The notes beneath the pieces are model-generated. The model had not been told where the DNA came from and searched no databases. It saw only the letters and a program-made list of their open reading frames with translations. Position numbers and translations under genes: made by a program. A stretch of 64,000 bases of DNA, from contig NW_021831987.1 in the NCBI RefSeq assembly GCF_006345805.1, forward strand, positions 1-64,000, read 5' to 3'. How positions within the stretch are numbered: position 1 is the first letter of the stretch; each line of letters opens with the position of its first letter. Source of the stretch: Octopus sinensis (lineage: Eukaryota). Below, one piece after another: positions 25,894-39,194 of this stretch.

Positions 25894-27485
25894 AACGAGA
25901 ATGGGCCCTAGCTATGCGAACCTGCTCATTGATTACATTGAGGCCCAAATATTCTCAAGATTCATTGGTCCCGCACCCGAACTATACAGTCGTTATATTG
26001 ATGGCTGTATCGGTGCGACCTCACTCTCCCGCGAACATCTAGACTCTTTCATCTCTTTTGTCCAATCCTTCCATCCTGCCCTCGAATTCTTCTGCACCAT
26101 CTCCAACACTTCCGTTGCCTTTCTCGACATTTCGGTCAACATACACACCTCCACTCTCACTACCTTCGTCCACTACAAATACACAGACTCACACTTCTCC
26201 TCTTCCCACCCTATCCACACCAAGCTTTCCATCTCCTACTCCCAAATTCCACCGTCTGCGCAGGCTCTGTAGTGACAACCATGACTTTGAGACTCAGTCT
26301 CTACTCATGACTCGCGACTTCATCCTTCGTGGATATCCCCTCTCCACTAATCACATCGCCCTTGCCAGAGCACGTTCCGTGGACCATACCTTTGCTCTCT
26401 CTCTCTCTCTCTCTCCGCCCCATCCGCCGTTACTTGTCTCCCGTTTCCCACTACCTACCACCCTTCCACTTTGCCTTTCCAACGCACCATTCTCCGAGCC
26501 TTCCGGTGACACCAGTCTAACCCCTCCACTTCGCACATCTTCCCCAACCTACCCCTACTCTCCTTCAAACGAGCCCACAGCCTACGTGACCTCCTGGTCC
26601 ACAGTTTCTTCCCTAACCCCACCTCCCAACCTGGTTCGTTCCCCTGCTCTCGCCCACACTTGCCCCTACCTCTCCAACACCACCATCCTCACATGCACCC
26701 ATCATCGTCCCTATCACATCACTGACTCCCTTACATGCACTTCTAGCAACGTCATTTACTGCATCTTCTGCTCTTTCTGTCCTCTGTACATCGGTCAAAC
26801 GGGACGCTGCTTGGCTGACCGGTTCACGGAGCACCTCCGAGACATTAGACTCAGCAACAATACCCCGTCTCGCGCCATTTCCGCTCTACCGCCTATTAAT
26901 TACAACACCTGTCTGTGTTTGGATTGTCTTTCCACAGGGGCCATCCGGACTCCCGCCTTCGCCGTGAACAAGGGTTAATATTCTCTCTTCTACATACCCC
27001 ACATCTTCACTCCAAACCCACACCCCACCCTTGCATCCCCACACTCCACCACCACCACACTACACCACACAACACCACATTACCACGCCCCATATACACT
27101 AGCACTGACCACTTCCCAGTACCTACACCATCATCCACACAGACGCACATACTTACGTCAAAGTCAGCAGACCCTGTCCACATGCACCTACTTACAGACG
27201 CTCACATACACACACGCGCGCACCTTCGTTTTGGGATCACCAATACTTTATTATCTCCCCTTTCTACCTAGCTGTCCTGTTTAACTACCTCTGTACAACC
27301 AGCTGCCATGATTGACCTCTGTCTCCAAACGTTTTTTATTCTCTCTGTTTATTTAATCGTGTTCCTTTCTGTTGAAGAGCGTATGCTCGAAACGTAAAAG
27401 ACTTTCTCACCTTCCCGAGTGTTAAACTACTATACCTGTTTGTTGTTTATACACCTGTCTTCGTCTTTTGTTTTCTCTAAATTTC

Positions 27486-27490
<5 letters not shown>
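25891..27490 (+). mobile_element. Second Penelope-like element (RT-GIY-YIG pseudogene about 25891-26990 plus pseudo-LTR), inside (TA)n
   Basis: [61 protein letters not shown]; (TA)n on both flanks. Confidence 0.95.
27364..27401 (+). ncRNA. Minimal hammerhead ribozyme, variant core CUGUUGA
   Basis: CTTT-CTGTTGA-A-GAGC-GTAT-GCTC-GAAA-CG-TA^AAAG. Confidence 0.75.
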
Positions 27491-27524
<34 letters not shown>

Positions 27525-27528
<4 letters not shown>

Positions 27529-27772
27529 CTTGACCACCTTGACCGACCAGTCCATCGGGCGTCCATTTGACACCGCTGGTCACAGCACGCTGTCCACTCC
27601 TCTCTGATCACAATTGTCCTCCTGAAATCGTAACTCCACCGTCGTGGAGGCCTTCCGGGTGGTCGTTTTCGCTCGCGCGGGTACAACTCGACAACTGCGC
27701 GGGTCCACCGATTATCGGTGACCCGGGCGACGTGTCCTGCCCATCTAAACTTGATGCGTGTATACTCTGCGA
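27525..27772 (-). pseudogene. RTE-clade LINE 3' fragment
   Basis: KFRWAGHVARVTDNRWTRAVVELYPRERKRPPGRPPRRW. Confidence 0.85.
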
Positions 27773-27775
27773 TAT

Positions 27776-27811
<36 letters not shown>

Positions 27812-27992
27812 CTTTATTGAAAAGCAGCAGAAATATCACAAAAACTATTACTCAGAGTTTGTGAATAGATAATTAAGAAAATTGGAGTCTACAAGACGGG
27901 TTAACTTTGGATATTTATTTTCTATCACTACAATTGCTTCCACGCAACATAGTTGTCCAGGTTACATAATTTATCTATCTATCTATCTATCA

Positions 27993-28074
<82 letters not shown>

Positions 28075-28379
28075 GAATGTGTATATAGGCCCAGTATATT
28101 TGTCAAATCCGACACGGTAGGTGATTTCATTTCAATATTGTCTGAATTTTGTTCAAACAGTAGAAAATACCTGTTATCGAGCATGCCCCTTACGTGAATT
28201 GGTGAATCGTTTAGGTAACAGCATGTTAACACCTGTAATAATGACATTTAATGATGTTATTCGTTGTTGTTGTTGTTATTGTTGTTGTTATTGATGATGA
28301 TGATGATGATGATGATTTTGTTGTTGTTTTTGTTGTTGTCGTCGTCGTCGCTGTTGCTGCTACTATTGCAGCCGACTGT

Positions 28380-29580
28380 GATCGAGTAAATCTTTGCTCA
28401 GAATTGTACCAGCTCAACCAAACTAAAGGCGGCGGGCATCGACGAGGCTCAAAAAGCAAGAAAGGCTAACGGAAACGTATTGCCAGAATTGAAGAGAATC
28501 TGAGCAGCAGGCGACTCGTATGGCAGGAATTTCAAAATATCGCGTCCATCGCATTTCGAAGCAGTCTCATTTCCTACAGTAGTCGATGCTCTCAATGAAG
28601 ATTAACCGGAGCAAAGATTAGAGTTTTGCGTAGGCATTTGGCAAAACGTATAAATGCAGGTTTTCCAACAAAGTCTGCTTGGAGTGATGAGACTCCATCT
28701 AAATTAAATGACTCAGGTAACTGTCACAGTTGAACCTACAAGGAACCTAAGAATCCGCATATTACAGAGGAACATCTTGTTAATTTACCAGGTGTATGGT
28801 TCAGCTCATCATCAAAAAGATTAAGTTGGACAGTTCTTTTTTTTTTCACCGTAGTGTCACCAATCCCGTTTACTTAAACTTGATGGACAATCGGTTATGC
28901 GAAGCAATCAAGAGGACCTTGCAGATATGGGGTTTTTATTTTCAGCAAGATGGGGCACATTCACTCGAACATAGGACCTAGTTTGAGAAGATTTTACCAA
29001 ACGAATGGATTGAAAGAAGATGCCATTTAATATACCCTCCATTAGACTTCATACCACTAGGCTTTTTGTCGGGGGATACGTAAGGGTCTGTGAAGGCGGG
29101 TGGCTAAGGGGTTAGCGCATTCGATTTAAGATCGAATGGTCATGAGTACGATACCCATCAGCACGTTGTGTCCTTAAGCAAGACACTTTATTTCACATTG
29201 CTCCAGTCCGCTCAGCTGTCAAAAATGAATAATACTTGTATTTCAAAGGGCCAGTCCTGACACATTCTGTATCACGCTGAATCTTCTAGAGAACTACGTT
29301 AAGGGTATGTGTGACTGTGGAGTACTCACCCACTTGAACGTTAATTTCACGAGCAAGCTATTTTATTGATTGGATCAACTAGAACGTTTGCCGTTGTAAC
29401 TGCCAGCTTTTACTTAAAAGATAAACTTTACAGTACCAAACCGACAATAGTCAATCAGTTGAAAATTAGACAAGGAATGAGAATGCGCTCAAAATTAAAC
29501 AAATCGTGACACAAGCAAGTATCTAAAAGCCACCAAATGCTCAATGACCTGAAAGAACATTAAATTTGAAATATTTATTA
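28380..29580 (+). pseudogene. Tc1/mariner (DD41D-like) transposase relic, interrupted by a SINE
   Basis: ALNED*PEQRLEFC, WSDE, NPHITEEHLVNLPG, YLNLM, FYFQQDGAH, LPNEWI, LKDKLYSTKP. Confidence 0.8.
29093..29410 (+). mobile_element. CORE-like SINE nested in the transposase
   Basis: GTGTCCTTAAGCAAGACACTTTATTTCAC..CTCCAGTCCGCTCAGCTG plus family B tail. Confidence 0.8.
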
Positions 29581-29589
29581 CAAATATGT

Positions 29590-29992
29590 TTTTCTACTCT
29601 AGCCAGAAGGCCCGAAATTTTGAGAGAGGGGGCCAGTCAATGAGATCTACCCTAGTATGCAACTGGCATTCAATTTATCGACCCCGAAAGGATGAATGGC
29701 AAAGTCGACCTCGGTGGAATTTGAACTCAGAACGTAGCGGCAGACGAAATACCTATTTCTTTACTACCCACAAGGGGCTAAACACAGAGAGGACAAACAA
29801 GGACAGACAAACTGATTAAGTCGATTATATCGACCCTAGTGTGTACCTGGTACTTATTTAATCGATCCTGAAAGGATGAAAGGCAAAGTCGACCTCGGCG
29901 GAATTTGAACTCAGAACAACGTAGCAGCAGCCGAAATACCGCTAAGCATTTCGCCCGGCGTGCTAACGTTTCTGCCAGCTCCCACCGCCTTA
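29590..29992 (-). mobile_element. SINE family C (dimeric)
   Basis: Homology to 20897. Confidence 0.85.
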
Positions 29993-30591
29993 GAAATATA
30001 CAAATATTAACAATGTAACTCAATTGGTCATACTATTTGTGCGTATGTGTATGCATGAATAAGTGTGTGCATATATAAACGTATCTATGTATGTGTTTGC
30101 GTAGAGCCTTCATGAAGTGGGAGCCCATACTTCCCTTGAATAACTTAGAAGAATTAAAATACCTTTCTCCAACATTCTTCAAAGTTTTCTCAGCAATAAT
30201 TATGATAAATAATTACTTCTAAAGCCATGTGCTGCATCTGAAGTATTTCCAAGTAATTCTATTGTAATTTAATTCAGTCTCGCAGATAAGGTTTATACTT
30301 AAACCTGAAACTGTGAAAGAAAAAACGCCTTGCCTTGAGAACATCACAAGTTACAAAGGCGCCGTGTATCTTCCATCTGCCGCGGCACTTTAACAAGAGA
30401 AGAGAGTATGATGTTTTATAAAAGAGACACCTGATGGTTTGGAGCGGATTTACTCGGAGGACGGGGTGGAGGTGGGGGGGGGTAGAAGGAAAAAAAAGTT
30501 TGGGTAAATAAATGCAAAAAAAAAATATCACGCCAGGAATTTATGTTGGCTTGGTCAGCTTATTTTGTTGGGTAACTACTATGCTGTTATC

Positions 30592-30626
<35 letters not shown>

Positions 30627-30852
30627 GGTAGTGATGGTGATGATGACGATGATGATGATAATGATGATGACACAACAACAATGACTACGACAACGATGAT
30701 GATGATGATGATGAGAAGGAGGAGGAGGAGGAGGAGGAGGAGGACAATGATGATGATAATTTGTGCTGAATGCTGGCGACGACGACGATGATGACAGTCA
30801 TGATGATGATGATGATGATGGTAGTGATGGTGATGATGTAGATGATGATGGA

Positions 30853-30895
<43 letters not shown>

Positions 30896-31910
30896 GTAGT
30901 GATGGGGATGATGATGATAACGATGACACAACAACAATGACGACGACAGCGATGACGATGCGTACATGGAAGAATTTACGGTGATCAGTTACCATGTTCC
31001 GTGTCTAAAACAGTCTCCACCAACTTACTCTACGCAATATTGTTGACCAGCAAATCAATTTGGAGCGAATCCATTAGTTTTACGATTGATTCTCTTTGAC
31101 TCTTCAACTAATTCTTCCATGATACCACTCTACTTAAGCACTTCTCTTCTTAATGTCTCCTTAATGGACGATTAGGTAAGTGTTTCGAAATACGTGTTAT
31201 ACTTTCTTTTTATTGAAAGTTTTACGCGAGGAGAACAAACGCATAACTTCTTTATTAACGGAATCCAACGGTTCTTATATCCATCGGTGGAAAAGCAACA
31301 CTGAATCTGTCCACTACAAACAGAACCATGGAATTTCAATTAAAATAGGAACTGTTGCATGAACGGCATGTGGGCTTACAGGAGATGTCTCCCACAAATA
31401 CGGAGATTACTAAGAAAGAAATGGAAGAGAAAAACAATCCTTTCTGTGTTGAGTGTGGGGAGTGAAATTTTTTACGTATCATTGGAAACAGGTGTTTCGT
31501 CGGTTTGGAAGAAGAGCACAAAATAAGAGCTAATTCAAATCACGTGTGAAGACAACTTTGAAGTCTCCACTCATCCACTTCAGCCAATGTATTTCTTCAC
31601 CGTGAATAGAAAATAAAGTGAGGGCTCCGATTTTAAATGTATTTTCGTTTTATTTTGTTTTTATTTCGTTTTTATCGTGCAAGAAACTTCGGGGAGTGAA
31701 AACGGTAAAATAATGTTTTAGGTTTTTTTTCTCCTTTATTAGTTTGTACAAGGAGTCGGGGTTTCGTTGCTGTTTACAGCTGGTTTTGGTTCTTTTAAAA
31801 GGCTTCGAAAAATATTTTTATTCTCTTTGAATTGTGTTGATCAGCGTTTTATTGATATCTGTCGCATTAAAATTGTAGTTTGTCTTTCCATTTTTTTAAA
31901 AATATATATA

Positions 31911-32320
31911 CGCGCAGGAGTGGCTGTGTGGTAAGTAGCTTGCTTCCCAACCACATGGTTCCGGGTTCATTCCCACTGCGTGGCACCTTGGGCAAGTGTC
32001 TTCTACTATAGCCTCGGGCCAACCAAAGCCTTGTGAGTGGATTTGGTAGACGGAAACTGAAAGAAGCCTGTCGTATATATGTATGTATATGTATGTGTGT
32101 ATATGTTTGTGTATCTGTGTTCGTCCGCCCAACATCGCTTGACAACCGATGGTTGTGTGTTTACGTCCTCGTAACCTAGCGGTTCGGTAAAAGAGACCGA
32201 TAGAATAAGTACTAGGCTTACAAAGAATAAGTCCTGGGGTCGATTTGCTCGACTAAAGACGATGCTCCAACATGGCTGCAGTCAAATGACTGAAACAAGT
32301 AAAAGAGTAAAGAGTAAAGA
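31911..32320 (+). mobile_element. SINE family A
   Basis: Full-length copy. Confidence 0.9.
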
Positions 32321-32399
32321 GAGAACGGAAACAGCAACAGGACTTGTCGCTTAATCTATAAGATAGGAAATGAAATTATTATTCCTAGGAATAACTATT

Positions 32400-33290
32400 T
32401 TGAATATAGTCACACGGCCTGAAATTTCGATCTCAAAAATTGACTGGTGCCTTACTTTATTGACCCCGAAGGGATGGAGTGTAAAGTTGACCTCGACGGG
32501 ATATGAATCCAGACTGTAAAAAGTCGGGAGAAATATAGATTACAAATTTTGGCACAAGAACAGCATTTACGGGGGAGGAAGTAAGTTGATTACATCCATC
32601 CACAGTACACAACTGGCACTTATTTTATGGACCCATAAAGGATGAAAGGCAAAGTCGACCCGGCGGCGTTTGAACTCAGAATGTAAAATCGGAAGAAACG
32701 CCACGAAAAGTTTTTTCCGACATGGTAACGATTCTTATTTCTTTATTACCCACAAGAGGCTAAACATAGAGGGAACTAACAAGGACAGACAAACGGATTA
32801 AGTCGATTACATCGACTTCAGTGCGTAACTGGTACTTAATTTATCGACCCCAGAAAGGATGAAAGGCAAAGTCTTGAACTCAGAACGTAACAGCAGACGA
32901 AATACCTATTTCTTCACTGCCCACAAGGGGCTACACACAGAAGGGACAAACAAGGACAGACAAACGGATTAAGTTGATTATATCGACCCTAGTGCGTAAC
33001 TGGTACTTAATTTATCGACCCTGAAAGGATGAAAGGCAAAGTCGACCTCGGCGGAATTTGAACTCAGAACGTAGCAGCAGGCGAACTACCGCTAAGTATT
33101 TTGCCCGGCGTGCTAACGATTCTGCCAGCTCGCTGCCTTAAAGTCAGGAGAAATATCGCAAGGCATTTTCTGCAACGCTCTAACGACTCTGAAATCTATG
33201 CGAATGAGTTAATCGATTAAGTCAGCCCTAGTACTTAACTGTTGACCCTTGTTGGATTTGAATTCAGAACGCAAAATCCCGGAAGAAATA
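32400..33290 (-). mobile_element. Stack of at least five SINE family C units
   Basis: Repeated GGATGAAAGGCAAAGTCGACC..TTGAACTCAGAA cores in the same orientation. Confidence 0.8.
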
Positions 33291-33677
33291 TCACAAGGCT
33301 TCGACTATTCTAGCAATCCACTCACCTCAACCATTCCAGCGATTTTTAGGGCAAGTGGTTAATCGATACCACTGACCCTGGCACTTGTCGGGTACTTTAT
33401 ATTATTAACCCTATAAGGATCAAAGGCAAATTTGATTTCAACGGGATCAATTTTTGTTTCGTGTTCAGTCCCACTGTCCAGCATCATGGCCTGGTGTCTT
33501 CTAAAATAGTTCCCAGGCCGTAAAGTGCCGGAAATAAATAACGCAAAACATGACTTTAGCAACGCTTTTATGATTCTGTAAGCTTTTCGCATTAAACAGC
33601 TTCCGATCATAATGATTAAACATGCAAATCATCATTTGGTTCTCGCCGATCATCGTGCATATGACGATTTATCAGCC

Positions 33678-33873
33678 TTATTTACATAATTTACACTATT
33701 TACGTTTGATGGATATTTGTCATCTTGTTTGTTGTTAACACAACGTTTCGGCTGATATACCCTCCAGCCTTCATCAGATGTCTTGGGGAAATTTCGAACC
33801 TGGGTTCTCATTCCTAAGGTATTTTTCGATGTTGTTGTTGTTGGTATTATTATTATTATTATTATTATTATCA

Positions 33874-33915
<42 letters not shown>

Positions 33916-34053
33916 TCACTGCCTAGAATCGACCTCGAAATCTTGGGGTTAGTAGCCCGCACTCTTAACCAGTACGCCATATGCCCGTGGGAATATAACG
34001 TAGTGGTGATCTGAATAATAATGATAATAATAATAATAATAATGATAATAATC

Positions 34054-34111
<58 letters not shown>

Positions 34112-34143
34112 TGATGATGATGATGATAATGATGATGATGATG

Positions 34144-34182
<39 letters not shown>

Positions 34183-34734
34183 TAATAATAATAATAATAA
34201 TAAATGCCTTGATGCAGTACCAGACAGTGCCTCTCGTGGCTTCTGATCTTAACTGATTGGAAGTGTTATCATGTACATTGTTTTGTCTTGGTATAAAAGA
34301 TGGGCTACAGAAAATATTTTGCTCAATACCACAGATTTGCCTATCAATTGTTTGACCGTAACCAGTTGAGCATGTCCTTTAGTGGCTGACAATATGTGCA
34401 CCTCTGATCAGGAGTAGAAGTAGTGGAGGAGTATCATAGCCGTGTGTTGGAGGTTCGGATAATTCACCTTTGTTTCGTTCAACATCCTTAAACAATCCTT
34501 ATTCAGGGACCTTTTGAGCGGGATGGGCTACTCGACCAGAAGAAAATTCTAACTGGGCCCCACCTGCAAGGTCATGTGCTGTTTATCTTGATATGAGATC
34601 ACCATGTCACGCACATATGGTTGTGATGCATGTGCCTGGTCTACCCTTATCAGACGGGTTGTCATGATGGATATACTGGGCTTCGTATAGTTTACGCCAG
34701 TGTCACTTTGATGGCATGCACTACTCTCTCACTC

Positions 34735-34810
<76 letters not shown>

Positions 34811-34991
34811 TCGAAAAGTACCTTAGGAATGAGAACCCAGGTTCGAAATATCCCCAAGACAACTGATGAAGGCTGGAGGGTATATCAGCCGAAACGTTGT
34901 ATTAACAACAAACAAAATGAGAACAAATATCCGTCAAATGTAAATAATGTAAATAATGTACATAATTCCACATCTCTTAAATATAGAACTG
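33678..34991. mobile_element. Head-to-head HHR-SINE unit with nested element X; HHRs at 33737-33782 (-) and 34858-34903 (+)
   Basis: Perfect 12-bp TSD GATTTATCAGCC (33666-33677 and 34992-35003); tRNA-like head on the minus strand ending at 33986. Confidence 0.85.
34203..34735 (+). repeat. Unclassified 530-bp element X within (AAT)n
   Basis: Reverse-complement homolog of 36422-36961; AAT tracts on both sides. Confidence 0.85.
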
Positions 34992-35729
34992 GATTTATCA
35001 GCCGTTTCGAGATATCAGCATGCATCAGCAATCAGTTTGTTTGCTGAAGTTATAAACAAGAACTTCTAACATAGATGTTTAAACCTGAGATACCTTTGGC
35101 TGACGAGACACAATGATGTTGAAACACCAGGTGTTCTGGAGTCCGTTTATTGTAATGAAACTAGTGTGATATGAGCACACATTCGTCTTGAAGGTGTTCT
35201 TCTGTGATGAATCACACAAGCGCCTGAACGAATTAAGAGTATGCAAGACATAGCGTAACGAAGAGCTGTTACCCCGCCCTCTTTAGTTCTGAACCCGACG
35301 AATGTCGAAATATTTTGATACAAAACTCTATGTTTTTGATTCATGTTGTTCATTCTCGCGATCATAAAATGACATTATTTAATTACAATTATAAACGCTT
35401 TGATTCACTTAATTTAATTTTGGTGTTAATATAGACTTTATATTTATTTATTCCAAAATAATGCAAATAATACCAATTTCCCCTGGGGTCGAGACATTGA
35501 GGATTAAAACAGCATGAGATATTACAGGTATTGAATGGATTGACTACGTGGGAGTTAGATTTAAAATATGATAATGACAAAAAGAAAAGCAGCAGCTTGA
35601 GTTTTTGGTGGATTTGAAGTAGTAGTAGTAGTGGTGGTGGTTGTGGTGGTGGTGGTGGTAGTGGTGGTGATGATGGTGGTGGTGGTGGTGGTAGTAGTAG
35701 TAGTGGTAATAGTAGTAGTAGTAATGGTG

Positions 35730-35795
<66 letters not shown>

Positions 35796-36251
35796 ATTAA
35801 CAAAGTGTAATTTTGATCTCGTCTCTGGATTATGAGTCTAACACGCAGTTCCTGCACCCCGCTTTCATTTTTCTTTTTTCGGGGGTGAAAAGCAGTACCC
35901 ATGGCCCTTTTGTGTTTTCAGGATCAACGAAGCAAGCAGGGAAAAATGAGGAAGTTATATTTGGACAAGAGATATGTCTAAATGCTTGCAAAAGATATAT
36001 CGTCACCATCATCATCATCGTCATCATCATCTACAACAACAATAGCTCCTAGACATTACTGTCTTGATGCAGTTCTATATTTAAGAGATGAGGAATTATG
36101 TACATTATTTACACTTGAAGGATATTTGTCCTCATCTTGTTTGTTGTTAACACAACGTTTCGGCTGATATACCCCCCAACCTTCATCAGGTGTCTTGGGG
36201 AAATTTCGAACCTGGGTTCTCATTCCTAGGGTATTTTTTGATGTTGTTGCC

Positions 36252-36282
<31 letters not shown>

Positions 36283-36300
36283 TATTATTATTATTATTAT

Positions 36301-36361
<61 letters not shown>

Positions 36362-36380
36362 ACTGCTACTGTTGCTGCTG

Positions 36381-36421
<41 letters not shown>

Positions 36422-36959
36422 GAGTCAGAGAGCAGTGCATGCCATCAAAGTGACACTGAGGTAAAATATACGAAACCCAGTATACCCGTCTGATAAGGGT
36501 ACACTAGGCGCATGCATCACAACCATGTGTGCACAACATGGTGATCTCATATCAAGATAAACAGCACATGACCTTGCAGGTGGGGCCCAGTTAGAATTTT
36601 CTTCTGGTCGAGTAACCCACCCGCTCAAAAGGTCCCTGAATAAGGGTTGTTTAAGGATGTTGAACTAAGCAGCCATGTTTCCAGAGGTGAATTATTCAAA
36701 CCCCAAAGAATATCTCTCAACACATGGCTATGGTGCTCCCCCACTACTTCTGCTCGTGATCAGAGATGCATATATCGTCAGCCACTAAGGGACATGCTCA
36801 ACCGGTTAAGGTCAAACAGCTGAGAAGCAAATCTGGTATTGAGCAGAATATTTGCTGTAGCCCATCTTTTATACCAAGACAAAACAATGTACATGATAAC
36901 ACTTCTAATCAGTTAAGATCAGAAGCCACGAGAGCCACCGCCTGGTACTGTATCAGGGC

Positions 36960-36961
<2 letters not shown>
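36422..36961 (-). repeat. Element X, second copy
   Basis: Homolog of 34203-34735. Confidence 0.85.
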
Positions 36962-37026
<65 letters not shown>

Positions 37027-37027
<1 letters not shown>

Positions 37028-37072
37028 ACACCTGATGAAGGCTGGAGGGTATATCAGCCGAAACGTTGTGTC
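37027..37072 (+). ncRNA. Minimal type-I hammerhead ribozyme, intact
   Basis: GACAC-CTGATGA-A-GGCTG-GAGGGTATAT-CAGCC-GAAA-CG-TT^GTGTC; perfect 5-bp stems I and II and palindromic AACGTT stem III. Confidence 0.88.
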
Positions 37073-37139
37073 AACAACAAACAAGACGAGGTCAAATATC
37101 TGTCAAATGTAAATAATGTAAATAATTACTGTCTTGAGT

Positions 37140-37380
37140 TTTAGGTGTCATGGGACCGATTCTCCAGTTTCGCTAGTGTACAAGTGACCGAGATCAAAGC
37201 GTCTCACTGAATGAGACACCCACCCATTGCAGGTTCTACTCATTTGCAGCCGAGTAAAATGAAACAACGTGATATGAAAGGTTTTACTCAAGATCACAAC
37301 GTGCCGCCCGTTCCGTGAATCGAAACCTCGATCTTTCGATTGTCATTGCAGCACCCTAACCACTAGGCCACAAGCCTTTA
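37140..37380 (-). mobile_element. Degenerate CORE-like SINE
   Basis: CCCTAACCACTAGGCCAC head and CORE remnant. Confidence 0.6.
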
Positions 37381-38889
37381 TTTTGCAAGAGAGTTAACGC
37401 CGCTTAAAGGCATCCAGGATCAGTTATTATTGTTGGTGGTGGCGGTGGTATTGTTTTGGTGGTGATGTTGGTAGTAGTGATGTTGGCTGTTGTGGTAATG
37501 GTGGTAATGATACTAGTGGTGGGGGTGATTGTTGATGGTAGTGGTGGTGGTATTAAACTAAGCTACGGATTAACTCAGCCACCCAAGAAATAAGAACGTA
37601 AAGATCCGGAACAAAATCCACATCTTATCTGATGCGAAATTAACAATTCTGTTAATCTGCCGCTCTGGACTGACACCTTGTCATATCGAAGTCGAGAGCA
37701 TTATAAGCAAAGTTGATCTTGGCTGGATTCGAACACAGAATCCAGAGAACTATGAGAACCAAGAACGCAATAAAAGAAGCTTTTCCTCTAAATTAGCAGG
37801 CTAATGCATATTCCTCTGCCAAAGTCTGTCTGCTGCAAGATTTTCTGAATTATTCCAGAACTGCAACACACAGGAATTTCCGATCTACTCAGGCAGGCAT
37901 CAACTTACAGTAGTTCAAACTAAACAGTCACCGTATTGACCCCACCAATGTGGGAGGGCCTGCCAAGGGTATGGGCGCCACCTTAATTATGTAGCATGAC
38001 TAAATAATTAAAATAATTAACATAATTAAAAACATATATTTTTCGCATTTCTAATGGATGTTAATTTATGTTCGTTCAAAGCTTCAACTTATTCCGTATT
38101 CATTATTGTATTCGATGTTGAAACAGTTTGGTTGGTTCATTTCGTAAGAGTTTAATCCCTTCGGCTGGCACGGCATGGAGATCGGGAACGTTGGCGGATT
38201 AACAATTGTGAGTGCATGTTTCAGTGATTTTGAATAAGGGATGTGTTGACAAAACAAAATGGGACGGCGAAGTCCTCAAATTTAAAAGAAAACCAGTTCT
38301 ATCACACACACATATGTTTATGTATGTATATATGTATATATGTATGTATGTATGTAAGTATGTATGTATGTATGTAGTATGTCTTGATGAACTGATATGT
38401 ATATATATATATTTACACTCGCACGCACACGTATACATATTAAATATTATAACGAAACTTCCTGGCTTCTTCATACACACACACAAACACACCACACACA
38501 CACAACACACACACACCCACACACACACATTATATATATAATATATATATATATATAATATATATATAAAACAATTGCAGCGTGGAAGGTGTTTATAAAC
38601 CATTTAAAAATGGCTTCGTGATGCAGCACGGAATTTTGTCAGTGAACAGGTCGCGGTTTCAAAGTAACGAAAGTATTTTGACAAATTATATTAAAACATT
38701 TAAGTGAATTTAACGGTTTTTTGTGGGCTTTTAAATAGCTTATAAACTCTTCGACGCTGCAATTGTTTTTGTTTCAGCACACGATCTCAGATCAAGTCAC
38801 TTGTTATGCAAATACATCTCCGTAATATATATATATATAATTATATATATATATATATATATATATAGATAGATAGATAGATAGATAGA

Positions 38890-39108
38890 TATAGATACGG
38901 AGTAGTAAGCACATAAATGTGAGGCAAGTGGGAGAAAGAGTAACAAAAATACCAGAGGTAGAGTGATACGGTTTATTTAAAAGCAGCAGAAATATCACAA
39001 AAATTGTTACTCATTCGTCGGACAGTTTTCTGACAGAAATGTCCGACGAATGGGAGCGTAAAACTCTAAGTAACAGTTTTTGTGATATTTCTGCTACTTT
39101 TAAATAAA
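38890..39108. mobile_element. Fold-back pseudo-LTR-like repeat with degenerate HHR-like motif (39037-39079)
   Basis: Arms 38972-39024 and 39040-39108; a partial copy at 27811-27860. Confidence 0.6.
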
Positions 39109-39109
39109 G

Positions 39110-39148
<39 letters not shown>

Positions 39149-39150
39149 TA

Positions 39151-39184
<34 letters not shown>

Positions 39185-39194
39185 GATATATATG

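Larger units (their letters stand above)
36068..37124. mobile_element. Inverted HHR element unit with nested element X; HHRs at 36149-36194 (-) and 37027-37072 (+)
   Basis: Perfect 13-bp TSD ATTACTGTCTTGA (36055-36067 and 37125-37137). Confidence 0.85.

Noticed and set aside
33678-37124. Single large inverted segmental duplication
   Set aside because: Each arm has its own distinct TSD, so they are two independent insertions.
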